A DNA stretch of 64,000 nt from Planctomycetota bacterium. Its GTDB lineage: Bacteria; Planctomycetota; UBA8108. Location of the stretch: assembly GCA_965659285.1 (NCBI GenBank), contig CBFHWB010000002.1, positions 3,435 to 67,434 on the forward strand, read 5' to 3'. Shown in pieces: positions 9,692-20,149 of the stretch (position 1 is the first letter of the stretch; each line of letters starts with the position of its first letter). The position numbers and the translations under genes are program-made. The notes beneath the pieces were generated by a model. The model made no database searches and was not told the origin of the DNA. It was given only the letters and a program-made list of their open reading frames with translations.

Positions 9692-11485
9692 ATGAAAACA
9701 GCTGCTCCTCTCTTCCTGTTGTTTTTCTGCGTCAGCGCCGTGAAGGCTCAACAGCAGCCGCCCGGCCCTCCCGGCGTAGCGACCAATGTCGAGCTCACCT
9801 TTCGCGTCAACATGAATACGCAGATCGGGCTCGGCCGTTTCAATCCCGACGTTGACTTTCCCGTCGTTCGCGGAACGATCAACGGCTGGGGTTGCAGCGA
9901 TGCCATGCTCGAGTCTGAAGACGAGGAGGGCGTCTACGAACTGCGGGTGCAGGTTTTCAATCACGTGATCGGAGCCGGCGAGTACAAGTTCAACATCAAC
10001 TGCGGAGAGGGCGGTCTCGGCCGCTGGGAGGACGCGATCTCCAACAGGCGCTATACCGTCACCGGGACAGAGCCTGACGAGAACGGCGATGGCTTTGGTG
10101 AGCTGGTCCTCGACACCGTTTTTTTTGATGATGCGGTGGGTGGAGCCGATGCCGAGCTGTTCTTCCAGGTCAACATGAATGTGCAGATGGACTCGGGACG
10201 TTTCAATCCGGTCAGTGACCAGGTCTTCGTCCGCGGATCGTTGAACGGCTGGGGGTGCAGCGAGGCGCTCAGGGATGATGATGAAGATGGAGTCTACGAG
10301 CTCTATGTGCAGGTGCCCGGCCACCAGGCGGGTACCGGGCAATTCAAGTTCAACATCAACTGCGAAGATGGCGGCTGGGAAGACAGCATCTCCAATCGCC
10401 GCTACAACTTTACGGGTAACGAGCCGGATACCAATGGCGATGGTTTCCTGGAGGTCGAGGTTCCGGTTGTCTTCTTTGACAATGTTCGTTCAGGGCCCGA
10501 TGTTGAATTCCATTTCCGGGTCGATATGACAGCCGCTATCGAACAGAACGTTTTCATCCCCGAGAAGATGACAGTTCATGTCGGGGGGGTGTTTAACAGG
10601 TGGAGCTGCAGCGTGGAGTTCGAGGAGTTCGATGAGAACGTTTTCGAATTGGAGATGAGGGTGCCTTCCCACCCGGTGGGCGTGGGTGAATACAAGTTCA
10701 ATATTTCCTGTGACGAGTTGAGCTGGGAGCCTGAGATCGTCAACCGGGCCTACGTCGTTTCAAGCGATCTTCCAGATGAGGATGGCGATGGCTTCCTGGA
10801 GCTGGCGCCGCCCCTGGTGTTCTACAACGCGTTGGAGAACCCCTTTCTTGACGCCGAGCTGGTGTTCCAGGTGGACATGAGCGTCATGGAGCGAGAGGGG
10901 CTCTTCGATCCGGCCACCGATAACGTGGTTGTGCGGGGAGAGTTCAATGGCTGGGGATGCACCGAGGCGATGTCGGCGATCGGGGCCGGGCTCTACGAGG
11001 CCAGTGTAGAGGCGCTCGGGCTGAGCATGGGCCGGGGTCAGTACAAGTTCAACATAGGCTGCCAGGACGTCGGGTGGGAGGACTCCATCTCGAACCGTCA
11101 GTTCTTTGTTCTCGGTGATGAGGTCGATTCCGATGGTGATGGTCTCGTCGAGGTTCGCGTTGGCCCGGTCTACTTCGACAACAGGGAGCCGCCGCCGGGG
11201 CTTGGTCCCTTTGTACGCGGCGACTGCGGCCAGGCCGGCAATATGGACATCTCCAGCGGGATCTTCCTGCTTGGCTTTCTCTTTAGCGGGGGGAGCGATC
11301 CAGGTTGCATGGCGGCCTGCGATGCGGATGGCGACGGTCGTCTCGATATCACGACAGCGGTTTTCATTTTCAACTTTCTTTTCCTCGGCGGCGTTCCGCC
11401 TTCGGCTCCCTTTCCCGGCTGCGGCCTGTCGGAATCAGCGGGCGATCTCGAGCTTGGCTGCGCCGAGAGCACGGGCTGCGGTTAA
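9692..11485 (+). CDS. secreted repeat protein: signal peptide, four about 115-aa beta-sandwich CBM20-like repeats, C-terminal dockerin-like module
   Basis: Start at MKTAAPLFLLFFCVSAVKA (signal peptide). There are four divergent repeats, each of the form F.V.M...FNP..D.V.VRG..NGWGC..A....YKFNI.C....WED.ISNR.(Y/F), with two conserved Cys and YKF / WE..NR signatures reminiscent of starch-binding CBM20. The C-terminus has duplicated D.D.DG..D...calcium-binding segments (DADGDGRLDITTAVFIFNFLFLGG) ending PPSAPFPGCG. Confidence 0.6.
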   Translation: MKTAAPLFLLFFCVSAVKAQQQPPGPPGVATNVELTFRVNMNTQIGLGRFNPDVDFPVVRGTINGWGCSDAMLESEDEEGVYELRVQVFNHVIGAGEYKFNINCGEGGLGRWEDAISNRRYTVTGTEPDENGDGFGELVLDTVFFDDAVGGADAELFFQVNMNVQMDSGRFNPVSDQVFVRGSLNGWGCSEALRDDDEDGVYELYVQVPGHQAGTGQFKFNINCEDGGWEDSISNRRYNFTGNEPDTNGDGFLEVEVPVVFFDNVRSGPDVEFHFRVDMTAAIEQNVFIPEKMTVHVGGVFNRWSCSVEFEEFDENVFELEMRVPSHPVGVGEYKFNISCDELSWEPEIVNRAYVVSSDLPDEDGDGFLELAPPLVFYNALENPFLDAELVFQVDMSVMEREGLFDPATDNVVVRGEFNGWGCTEAMSAIGAGLYEASVEALGLSMGRGQYKFNIGCQDVGWEDSISNRQFFVLGDEVDSDGDGLVEVRVGPVYFDNREPPPGLGPFVRGDCGQAGNMDISSGIFLLGFLFSGGSDPGCMAACDADGDGRLDITTAVFIFNFLFLGGVPPSAPFPGCGLSESAGDLELGCAESTGCG

Positions 11486-11682
11486 AAGGGCCGCTGGTCG
11501 GAGAGCCGGGGTTTCGGCCGGTTTTCGTCTTCCCGGGCCGGAAAAACAGCCATTATCAGAAGTCGGGCCTGCTCCCGGCCGCGCGGAACTGCAGAAGAAG
11601 CGCCAGGTGGTCGATTTAAAGAGAGTCAGGCGCCTTCATTTCTTTGGCGTCGATTTCAACCTTCGGATCTAATCATCGCGCC

Positions 11683-12414
11683 ATGTCGAAGCTGCTGGAT
11701 GGAAAAACCGCGATCGTTACAGGCGCAAGCCAGGGGCTTGGCCTCGCCATCTCTACCGCTCTGTGTACTGATGGCGCCAGTGTCCTCATGGTTGCCCGGG
11801 ACGAGCAGAAGCTGGCGGAGGCCGCGGCCGGCCTCCAGGATTCAGGCCTGCAGGCGACCGCCATGGTCGCCGATGTGACCGTCGAGGGAGCGGCCGATGA
11901 TATTGTCAACGGAGCCCTCGGTGAGTTTGGCCGCCTCGACATCCTGGTGAACAATGCCGGGGTCTTTGTCTGGAAGGGTCTCTTCGACCTTGACTATGAG
12001 GACTGGGATCGAACCATCAGCACCAACCTCAGTGCGCCTTTCCATCTGACGAGAATTGCAGGGAAGACGATGGCGGGCCAGGGGTCCGGCGGCTCGATCG
12101 TCAACATCGCCTCGATCCACGCGCAGGTCGGCGATCCGAACGTGATTCCCCATTGCGCCTCCAAATTCGGGCTCGTCGGGCTCACGAAGGCCACGGCGGA
12201 TGCCCTGCGGGAGCACGAGATTCGAGTCAACGCCATCGCCCCGGGAGCCATCGATTCAAATTCACTCGATCGCCGGGGGGCCGGACCCAGCCAGAAGGTG
12301 ACACAGGCGGATATCGCTTCGCTCGCAGTCTACCTGGTCTCCGACCTGGCCAGGGCGGTCACGGGATCGGTCATCGAGATGTACGGCAGCACCCACAGCG
12401 TTATCAAGATCTGA
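11683..12414 (+). CDS. SDR family oxidoreductase
   Basis: Start at MSKLLDGKTAIVTGASQGLG, which carries the Rossmann motif. Also has NNAG and the catalytic Y/K region. Confidence 0.8.
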   Translation: MSKLLDGKTAIVTGASQGLGLAISTALCTDGASVLMVARDEQKLAEAAAGLQDSGLQATAMVADVTVEGAADDIVNGALGEFGRLDILVNNAGVFVWKGLFDLDYEDWDRTISTNLSAPFHLTRIAGKTMAGQGSGGSIVNIASIHAQVGDPNVIPHCASKFGLVGLTKATADALREHEIRVNAIAPGAIDSNSLDRRGAGPSQKVTQADIASLAVYLVSDLARAVTGSVIEMYGSTHSVIKI

Positions 12415-12432
12415 AAGTGGACCGAAGCAGCC

Positions 12433-13371
12433 ATGCCGATCACCATTGAAGACATTCTTGAAAAGCTGGAGAGAGGTGAGAGCCTTGTTGGCGAAGGTCT
12501 CAGGGGGCTCTGCTTTGAGAAGGCCCGGGCGGAGGGATCCGGTTTCTCAGCCTGTAATTTCTCGTCGAGCTATTTCATGAAGGCGGCGTTGAAAGCCTGT
12601 CGCTTCGAGCGCTGTGTTTTTGATGGCTGTGACCTGGGCTACGCCGAGTTGGACGAGAGCGTCTTTATTTCTTCTCGTTTTCACGGCGCCCGGCTGTCGC
12701 ACACCTCCCTGGCTGGAGCGGTGTTTGAAAACGCCGATCTCGCGGAGGCAAAGCTCGAGAGCGCAGACCTTGCCGGGGCGAGCCTCCGGGCGACCTGTAT
12801 TCGGGACTCGGTCCTGCGCGACCTGGATTTCAGCGCCACGGAGCTTCTCGACAGTGTGGATTTTTCCGAGGGTGATCTCGACGCGGTTCTTTTTACCGAC
12901 GTCAGTTCTGCCGGCCTGAGCTTTCGCGATGGCTCCCTTCGGCTGGTTTCCTTTCTCGGTGCGCGTCTTGCGGAATGTGATTTCCAGGGATGTCATCTGG
13001 CGCGAGTTAACTTCGATGGAGCGAAGGGTTCCGGGCTGGTTTTCACGGCGGCCCGCATCGATGAATCGACCTTCAGGTTCAGCGAGTTTACAGATTCCGA
13101 TTTCAGCGGAGCCCGGTTCTCGGACGCTTATCTGCGTGATGCCAGCATAGCCTCAACGAATATGAGCTCCTGTCGTTTTGGGCCTGGTTGTCGTTTCGCC
13201 GGCGCCCGTCTCGAGAGCTGTGACCTCTCCGGAGCGGTGTTCGATGGAGTCGATCTTCGGGGAGCTTCTCTGCGCGGGAGCAATCTTCGCGCGGCCAGCC
13301 TCCGAGGTGCTCTGATCGAGGGCTGCGAGCTTACCGGGGCCGATCTCGAGGGCGCCTGCCTGGGAGACTGA
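12433..13371 (+). CDS. pentapeptide repeat protein
   Basis: Long run of A(D/N)LxGA-type pentapeptide repeats (ADLAEAKLESADLAGASLRA...). Confidence 0.8.
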   Translation: MPITIEDILEKLERGESLVGEGLRGLCFEKARAEGSGFSACNFSSSYFMKAALKACRFERCVFDGCDLGYAELDESVFISSRFHGARLSHTSLAGAVFENADLAEAKLESADLAGASLRATCIRDSVLRDLDFSATELLDSVDFSEGDLDAVLFTDVSSAGLSFRDGSLRLVSFLGARLAECDFQGCHLARVNFDGAKGSGLVFTAARIDESTFRFSEFTDSDFSGARFSDAYLRDASIASTNMSSCRFGPGCRFAGARLESCDLSGAVFDGVDLRGASLRGSNLRAASLRGALIEGCELTGADLEGACLGD

Positions 13372-13390
13372 GACAGCCGCGTTCGCTTTT

Positions 13391-14581
13391 TTAAGGAGCT
13401 GCGGCGACAGGCGCCTCGATGAGGCTCACCTTCTTCGCGGTGGCGTCGAGTTTCACGCGCGCGCCGATCGGGAGGGTCGCCTGGTCAGGCTGATGTCCTG
13501 CCGCGTAGCCCGAGAGAACCGGCACTCCCAGCTTTTCGAAGTAGTGGTCGAAGACATCGAGGAGGCCGATCCCGCTTCCCCGGAGTGGGAGGCAGCCTGT
13601 AAAGCTGCCGAGGATGACACCTTTGTATCTTCCGAGCATGCCGCTGAGCCGAAGCTGGTTCAGCATGCGGTCGATACGAAAGGGTGTTTCACTGACATCT
13701 TCGAGAAAGAGAATGCAGTCTCTGGAGCGGGCCTCGTAGGGTGTTCCGATGGTGCAGGTCAGGACGCTGAGGTTGCCGCCTACAAGAACGCCCTCCGCTT
13801 TTCCACCCGCAAGGGTCTTCAGGTGCGATCTTCCTTTTGGTCCGGCGCCTCCCCAGTCCGTGAAGAGCTTGCTCTGCGGAGTGAAGGCCGGCCAGAAATA
13901 CTTCTCGGTATAGGGAGTGAGTCCTTTTCCGATGGAGAACTCCCTGGCCATCGGGCCATGGAATGAGACCAGGCCGGTCTTCGTATGGATGCCATTGAGC
14001 AGCGCGGTGATGTCACTGTAGCCGATGAAGATCTTGGGGTTCTGGCGGATCGCATCATAATCAAGGCGATCGAGAATCCGTGGACTTCCGTAGCCTCCGC
14101 GCAGACAGAGGATTGCCTTGACCGATTTGTCCAGGAAGAACGCGTTGAGCTCGGCGGCGCGGGTCTTGTCATCGGCGGCGAGATATCCTCGCCGCTGCAG
14201 GTAGCCGTTAGAGAGTTTGACCTCGTAGCCGCGGCGGCTGATGTTCTTTACAGCCCGGCGTACGAGCGAGTCGTCCATCGAGCTGGCGGGAGCGACAATG
14301 CCGATCGTGTCTCCCTTGCGCAGCGGCCGCGGCTTGATCGCCACGGGCGGCTTGTCGTTAGCGGCCTTCTCGGCATCGGTCTCTTCCGCGGACTGTCCAG
14401 CCGGCTTTAGAGGCCCAGGCTCCGCTGCCGGCGGTTCGGGAGTGGGTATGGGGCGGGGGTTGGCCGAGGTCTGGCGCACGGCCGTCGCCGGATCTCCACG
14501 GAAGGCCAGCGCCAGGAGCAGGGCCAATACAGCGCCTCCCGCATAAATCACCCTCCTGGAAATGGGCTTTATTCTCTTCAC
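13391..14581 (-). CDS. LD-carboxypeptidase (peptidase S66, LdcA/MccF-like) with N-terminal membrane anchor and Pro-rich linker
   Basis: S66 catalytic domain with the conserved GYSD and Ser/Glu/His nucleophile context (GYSDITAL...). The N-terminal TM helix is followed by a PEPP-rich linker. Confidence 0.7.
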   Translation of the reverse strand: MKRIKPISRRVIYAGGAVLALLLALAFRGDPATAVRQTSANPRPIPTPEPPAAEPGPLKPAGQSAEETDAEKAANDKPPVAIKPRPLRKGDTIGIVAPASSMDDSLVRRAVKNISRRGYEVKLSNGYLQRRGYLAADDKTRAAELNAFFLDKSVKAILCLRGGYGSPRILDRLDYDAIRQNPKIFIGYSDITALLNGIHTKTGLVSFHGPMAREFSIGKGLTPYTEKYFWPAFTPQSKLFTDWGGAGPKGRSHLKTLAGGKAEGVLVGGNLSVLTCTIGTPYEARSRDCILFLEDVSETPFRIDRMLNQLRLSGMLGRYKGVILGSFTGCLPLRGSGIGLLDVFDHYFEKLGVPVLSGYAAGHQPDQATLPIGARVKLDATAKKVSLIEAPVAAAP

Positions 14582-14683
14582 GTTCCCCTCGATGTACGAT
14601 GGCTTCTCTTCTTCCCGGACAGGATACGCTATCGAGTGTTGCCGGGCAACTCTACGCCCCGGATCGCGGGGAGGGGCCGTCGG

Positions 14684-17629
14684 TTATTCCAATTCGAGCT
14701 GCTTTTTAAGCAGCTTCCTGTCTCCGGGAAATTTCTGCAGGGCGTGAATCAGGAGCTCCCTTGCCTGGGGGGCGCGCGGGTTGGATTCCAGGAAGTGGGA
14801 AACGGCCGTGAGGCAGCGCGTCGGCGAGGGCTGCTTGAAATACGCGTCCCGGTAGTGGACCGCGGCCTTGATCGGCTCGCCCAGGTGGTGGTAGGTCTCG
14901 CCGAGGTGCTCAAAGAGCCTTGCCGAGTCCATCCCGGCCTTCCGGGCATCCATGAACCGGTTGGCCGCCTTGCGCAGGTCCCCATCGTCGCTGGTCAGGA
15001 CTCCCATCCTGAGATAGCAGGATCCCAGCTTGTAATAGGCGCTGGCCTTCTTCGCGTCCGACAGCCCCGAGATCTTCAGCAGGTTGAGGAGTCTTCCCCT
15101 GGCGAGGTCGTAGGCCTTTTTCTTGTTGTCGGTTTCCTTCAGGTAGTGCGCTGCCGCTGCAAGGTAGGTGCTGGCATGCAGATCCATCAGTCCGGAGTTC
15201 TTGGAATCCATGGCCTGCTGGAACTGGGTGACGACTCCATCGAACTGGCCGCGCGATGCGAATACCAGCCCTCTCCAGGTGTGGACCTCGTAAGACAGTT
15301 CGGTCGGCTTCTTGCTGTCAAGCTGGTTGAGTACGCTGGCCAGCTTGAGCTCGGCTGCTTCGAGGTCATGTTTCTTGACGTCGTTTCTCGTCTCGAGATA
15401 GGTAATCTTTGCATCGTAGAACATGAGCTTCTTTCGCATCTCTGGCGTCATCGCATCCGGGGTTTCCTTGACGAATTTATAGAGCCGGCTCAAGGATTTC
15501 CTGGCTTCTCCGGGCAGCCTCCTGGGGGTGCTGACTCGTGGAGAATGCGGGAAGTCGGCCGTGCGCTTGACAAGGGAATCGACCGCGATCTCGGCCAGCT
15601 CGATCCTCGTTTTTCCAGCGGCTCCATAGGTGAAGGCTTTGTTGGCAGCCGCCGAGGCAGCGTAATAATCTTCCTCGGCGTATTTCCTGAAAGCGAGCGC
15701 CGTATTCTCTTCGAGGGATTTCTGACGCTGCCTTGGCCCGTCGATCCAGATCTGCTGATAGAGCTCGCCAATCCCGCGGTCCTTGTTGCCGGCATCGTAG
15801 GCTCTCTTTACGAAGTCCGAGACCTTCCGTTCCTGCTTTAATTCCTGGTAGGCGACGACCAGCAGATTGGCTGCCGGTTCGTTCGTGAGGTCAAGGGCGA
15901 CGGCCTCCTCCAGCTTGGTCGTCGCGAGGTTCCAGTCCGGTGTCTGCAGGCTGGTATGGCCGATGGCCAGGTTGCGAAGGATCTCGATTCGCACCTCCTT
16001 GTCTTTCACGGATTTGAGGGCTGTCTCGAGGGTGACGATGGCCTGGATGCTTCGATTGGTGTTGAGCATGACCCGCGCTTTCAGGAGCAGGGCGCCAGGG
16101 TGATCTGATTCGATGCCGAGTATGACGTCGGCCTCGCCCGAGGCCGTATCCCATTCCTTGCGCTTGACCGCGGCATCTCCTGCCTTGAGGTGGACCTGGA
16201 TACGCTCAGCAAGCTGCTGCCGTATCTCTTCCATTCTCTCGGCGGTGCTGGGTTTCGCGGCCTCCGGCGCCGGCTGTTCCACCGCTGGAATCTTCTCGGG
16301 AGCGTTTTTCTCTGGTTCCGCGGGCGGGGAGATGGGGGGGGCTTGTTCTTCCGGTCCAACTTCAGGCGTTCTGACCGTTACCGGAGAAGCGGTTTTCGGA
16401 TCTTCGGAGATCTTTTGAATCACCTCCAGGAGCTGATCTTTGAAGGCAAGCCCCAGCATCCCGAATGCCGCCAGGCCCAGCAGGATGAGGATCTTTCCTC
16501 CACGGTTTGATCTTCTTCGCGAGGAGAGGCGGCCATGTATGGTCGACACCGACATTGATTTTCGGCCTACAGGCGCCCGCCTGATGGGGGCGGCCGGGGT
16601 TCGTTTCTTTGAGAGCCGCTGGGGGGGAGGCATCCCGGCTTTCGGTTGCGCCGCCGCCTCCTCGTTCTTGCCCGACATCACATCCGTAAGTGTTTCGAAG
16701 AATTCCTTGGCGGACTGAAAGCGCCTCTCGGGATTGCGCTCGAGTGACTTGGTTATCATTTCCGTCAGGCCTGGAACCTTGCCTACGGCCGGTTGAAGTT
16801 CATCGATCGGCGTCGGCGGCCCGTGCTTGATCTTCTTGTAGACTTCCTTGGCTGTCCTGCCGGTATAGGGCTTCTGGCCAGTCAGGCATTCGTAGAGGAT
16901 TACGCCGACGGAATAGAGGTCGGTATAAAACCCCATCTCCACACCCTGGAACTGTTCCGGCGGCATGTAATAGGGGCTGCCAACAAAACCCTTCTTGTCC
17001 TTCAGGCCGCCCTCGAGGCTGTTGTCCAGTTCGGTGTCGGCGATCACCGCGGTCGCGATGCCGAAGTCCAGTATCCGGGGAAGTTCTTTCTCACCAACGA
17101 CCTCGATCATGATGTTGGCAGGCTTGAGATCGCGGTGGATGATCCCGGCGCTGTGGGCGACCTTGAGAGCGGGCAGGAGCCGGCGGGCGATCCGCAGAGC
17201 CCGCCAGATACTGAGCGTCCCTTCCTCCTTGATGAGCTCGCCCAGCGTCTTGCCGTCGACATAGTCCATCGTGTAGTAGAGCAGGCCGCCGCCTTTTTCA
17301 GGGTCGCCCTCGGTGACACCCACATCTCTTATCTGAACGATGTGGGCATCAACCATCTTCATCGCCACGCGAATCTCGTTCAGGAACTGCTCGCGAAGCA
17401 TTGTGTTCTTGCTGAATTCCGCCGGCAGTATCTTCATCGCCAGCCGGTCACCTATGATGCCCGAGGTCATTTCGACGACGAAGACGCTGCCGAATCCTCC
17501 CTGTCCAAGGATCTTGAGAACCTTGTACTTGCCGGCCACAACGGTTCCGATGAGCTCGCGATCCCGGCTTTTATCCCGCTTCAGACTGGATTCGTTGGGG
17601 GTTTCAGATGCGGCCAAAGGCTTTCTCAC
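14684..17629 (-). CDS. Ser/Thr protein kinase with transmembrane segment and C-terminal TPR-like helical repeats
   Basis: Hanks kinase motifs are present: GxGxxG (GQGGFGSV), the catalytic loop HRDLKPAN, DFG and APE-like motifs. There is a mid-protein TM helix, and the C-terminal half is TPR-like. Confidence 0.8.
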   Translation of the reverse strand: MRKPLAASETPNESSLKRDKSRDRELIGTVVAGKYKVLKILGQGGFGSVFVVEMTSGIIGDRLAMKILPAEFSKNTMLREQFLNEIRVAMKMVDAHIVQIRDVGVTEGDPEKGGGLLYYTMDYVDGKTLGELIKEEGTLSIWRALRIARRLLPALKVAHSAGIIHRDLKPANIMIEVVGEKELPRILDFGIATAVIADTELDNSLEGGLKDKKGFVGSPYYMPPEQFQGVEMGFYTDLYSVGVILYECLTGQKPYTGRTAKEVYKKIKHGPPTPIDELQPAVGKVPGLTEMITKSLERNPERRFQSAKEFFETLTDVMSGKNEEAAAQPKAGMPPPQRLSKKRTPAAPIRRAPVGRKSMSVSTIHGRLSSRRRSNRGGKILILLGLAAFGMLGLAFKDQLLEVIQKISEDPKTASPVTVRTPEVGPEEQAPPISPPAEPEKNAPEKIPAVEQPAPEAAKPSTAERMEEIRQQLAERIQVHLKAGDAAVKRKEWDTASGEADVILGIESDHPGALLLKARVMLNTNRSIQAIVTLETALKSVKDKEVRIEILRNLAIGHTSLQTPDWNLATTKLEEAVALDLTNEPAANLLVVAYQELKQERKVSDFVKRAYDAGNKDRGIGELYQQIWIDGPRQRQKSLEENTALAFRKYAEEDYYAASAAANKAFTYGAAGKTRIELAEIAVDSLVKRTADFPHSPRVSTPRRLPGEARKSLSRLYKFVKETPDAMTPEMRKKLMFYDAKITYLETRNDVKKHDLEAAELKLASVLNQLDSKKPTELSYEVHTWRGLVFASRGQFDGVVTQFQQAMDSKNSGLMDLHASTYLAAAAHYLKETDNKKKAYDLARGRLLNLLKISGLSDAKKASAYYKLGSCYLRMGVLTSDDGDLRKAANRFMDARKAGMDSARLFEHLGETYHHLGEPIKAAVHYRDAYFKQPSPTRCLTAVSHFLESNPRAPQARELLIHALQKFPGDRKLLKKQLELE

Positions 17630-17987
17630 GGTTTGCTTCGAAAGGGGAAATTGCCTGGAAGGATCTGTACCACCATGTTGGTCCTGCAGGATCCCAGACC
17701 CTGAAAATGATAAGCAACTTCAAACAGGAGGCAAGCAACGCGGTTCCGGACTCTGTCGCTGTCGGTTGCCCGGTGGAGCTTAACTTCGGTCCACTCCCTG
17801 CTATGGCGCATGCCAGAAATAGGTGCAGGCGGCGACCCGTCCAGAGCGCTGCAAGTCTTCTTGTCGTAGTGAATAAGGATCCTGCGGGCGATTGTATCGA
17901 CTCGATTTCAGAGCCTCAAAGGAAAATCTATGACCCCTTCCCAAAGGCTCCTCCTGAGGGTAACTTGTAGGCCAACTCCAACAGGGT

Positions 17988-19616
17988 TTGATATCAGAGA
18001 AAGGGGATACCAAGGTGGAGAACATAGCTGTCAGGCGGGCTCTTCTGAGCGTCTGGGACAAGACTGGAATCATCGATTTCGCCAGGGGGCTGAAAGAGCT
18101 CGGCGTAGAGATCCTCTCGACTGGCGGTACGGCCCGCTCCCTGGCAGAGGCCGGCATCGAGATCGTTGAGGTCGACAATTTCACCGGTTTCCCCGAGATG
18201 CTCGATGGCCGCGTCAAGACTCTCCATCCGAAGGTTCACGCCGGGATCCTGCATCGCAGGGATGATCCATCTCACCTGGCCACTATGGAAGAGCACAGCC
18301 TCGAGCCGATTGACCTGGTCGTGGTCAATCTCTATCCCTTCGTTGAGACGGTGGCGAGGCCGGGTGTTACCCGGGAGGAGGCGATCGAACAGATTGATAT
18401 CGGCGGGCCGACCATGCTCAGGAGCGCGGCCAAGAATCATTCGCATGTCACGGTGGTTTCCAGCCCCGACCGTTACGAAGACGTGTTGGCCGAGATGCGG
18501 AGCAACGAAGGAGCGACGACCCGCGAGTTGCGCGAGGCTCTCGCCCTGGAGGTTTTTCAGTGTACAGCCGCCTACGACACCGCGATCTCGGCCTACCTGG
18601 CCGGGGAGGGAGCCTCCGCTTCACAGGAAGCCGCGGCCGAAGAGCAGGACTGCGGCGATCTTCCCGGCGGCCTCTCCATCGACCTCGAGCGCGTGCGCGT
18701 GTTGCGCTACGGGGAAAATCCTCACCAGCATGCGGCGCTCTATGGCCGTGGCCCCACCTTCCTTGACTCCTTCGAACAGCTGAACGGGAAGGAGATCTCC
18801 TACAATAATATTCTCGATCTTGTGGGCGCCCTTGAGGTGATCTCCGCGATTGAAGACCGCGGCGCGGCAGTGGCGATCATCAAACACTCCAATCCCTGCG
18901 GGGCCGCGTACGCCGACAGTGTCGAGGAGGCCTGGCATAAGGCTCTGGCCTGTGATCCACAGTCGGCATCGGGCGGCATCATCTCCTGCGGCGCCGCTGT
19001 AGATGAGGCGGCGGCCAATGTCATGAAGGATCATTTTATCGAGGTTCTCGTGGCGCCGGATTTTTCCGAGGGAGCTCTCGAGATCCTGCAGGAGAAGAAG
19101 AATCGCATCCTGCTTCGTTGCAGAGATGACTCCTGGGGCTTGTCCCCGGGAGCGCCTGTGATTCGAGGAGTGCCGGCAGGTCTGCTGGCGCAGTCTCCTG
19201 ACGATGAACCCGATGATGAGGGAAGCTTCAAGGTGGTCACCGAACGCTCTCCTTCGGAAGAAGAGATGCGAGCGATGCTCTTCGGCTGGAGCCTGGTGCG
19301 TTACGTCAAATCCAACGCGATCGTCTATAGTGGGCCTGACCGGCTGCTGGGAGTTGGCGCCGGCCAGATGTCTCGTGTTGACTCCGCCAGGATTGCCGCG
19401 AGCAAGGCTGAGCAGGCGGGCCTTGATCTCACAGGATCCGCGGTCGCTTCCGATGCGTTCTTTCCCTTCGCTGATGGATTGATTGCGACGGCCGAGGCGG
19501 GAGCTACGGCCGTGATCCAGCCGGGGGGGAGCGTTCGTGATGAAGAGGTCATTGCCGCGGCTAACGAGAAGGGGCTGGCCATGGTGTTTACCGGCCGGCG
19601 CCATTTCCGGCACTGA
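17988..19616 (+). CDS. purH: bifunctional AICAR transformylase / IMP cyclohydrolase PurH
   Basis: N-terminal MGS-like IMP cyclohydrolase domain ([11 protein letters not shown]...) and C-terminal AICARFT domain, with full-length collinearity. The true start may be the GTG at 18015, which is preceded by AAAGGGGA. Confidence 0.9.
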   Translation: MISEKGDTKVENIAVRRALLSVWDKTGIIDFARGLKELGVEILSTGGTARSLAEAGIEIVEVDNFTGFPEMLDGRVKTLHPKVHAGILHRRDDPSHLATMEEHSLEPIDLVVVNLYPFVETVARPGVTREEAIEQIDIGGPTMLRSAAKNHSHVTVVSSPDRYEDVLAEMRSNEGATTRELREALALEVFQCTAAYDTAISAYLAGEGASASQEAAAEEQDCGDLPGGLSIDLERVRVLRYGENPHQHAALYGRGPTFLDSFEQLNGKEISYNNILDLVGALEVISAIEDRGAAVAIIKHSNPCGAAYADSVEEAWHKALACDPQSASGGIISCGAAVDEAAANVMKDHFIEVLVAPDFSEGALEILQEKKNRILLRCRDDSWGLSPGAPVIRGVPAGLLAQSPDDEPDDEGSFKVVTERSPSEEEMRAMLFGWSLVRYVKSNAIVYSGPDRLLGVGAGQMSRVDSARIAASKAEQAGLDLTGSAVASDAFFPFADGLIATAEAGATAVIQPGGSVRDEEVIAAANEKGLAMVFTGRRHFRH

Positions 19617-19644
19617 TGACAGGGATCCGGAGCTAGATAAGAGG

Positions 19645-20043
19645 ATGACCAACCCATCGACTGACCTTGAAGGCTATGAGCTTGCGGGCCGTAAGATCGT
19701 CATGTACCCGGACCTCAATTTCTCGGGGCGGCTGTTCGGCGGCCAGCTCATGAGCTGGATTGATGAGGCGTTGGCCATGATGGCGATGGCCCGGATGGGG
19801 ACGAAGAACATTGTCACCAAGAAGTTCGGGGAGATTGTCTTCGATGCTCCGGTCCTGCTTGGCGATGTCGTAGAGATCTGGTGCCAGTCGCGCGAGGAGG
19901 GTACGACCTCGCTCTCCATGGATTGCCGTGTTGTTGTCAGCCGGGGAGAACCGGCGAGGCTTGAACAGATCAGCAGCTCGTCCGTAGTGTACGTGGCTCT
20001 CGATGACGAGGGGCGTCCATGCTCCTGGCGAAAGAGCGACTGA
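19645..20043 (+). CDS. acyl-CoA thioesterase, hotdog fold (YciA-like)
   Basis: Start at MTNPSTD, preceded by AAGAGG. Hotdog-fold thioesterase signature (region [17 protein letters not shown]). Confidence 0.65.
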   Translation: MTNPSTDLEGYELAGRKIVMYPDLNFSGRLFGGQLMSWIDEALAMMAMARMGTKNIVTKKFGEIVFDAPVLLGDVVEIWCQSREEGTTSLSMDCRVVVSRGEPARLEQISSSSVVYVALDDEGRPCSWRKSD

Positions 20044-20149
20044 ACTCCTGTCGCTCCTCCTGCCAGGGCTCTGCCCGGTCGCTATGAAAATAAAACTGGT
20101 GGAGAGTTCTGCGGGTCACGCTACAATGCCCGTTTAGCTGGTCTCCCCG

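Noticed and set aside
9692-11485. Internal repeats as possible mobile or repetitive DNA
   Set aside because: The four repeats are conserved in protein sequence but diverged at the nucleotide level. They are domain duplications inside one CDS, not repeat elements.
13372-13391. Hairpin between the convergent pentapeptide-repeat and LdcA genes as a terminator
   Set aside because: Only a 5-bp GC stem with a roughly 20-nt loop is formable, which is too weak to call.
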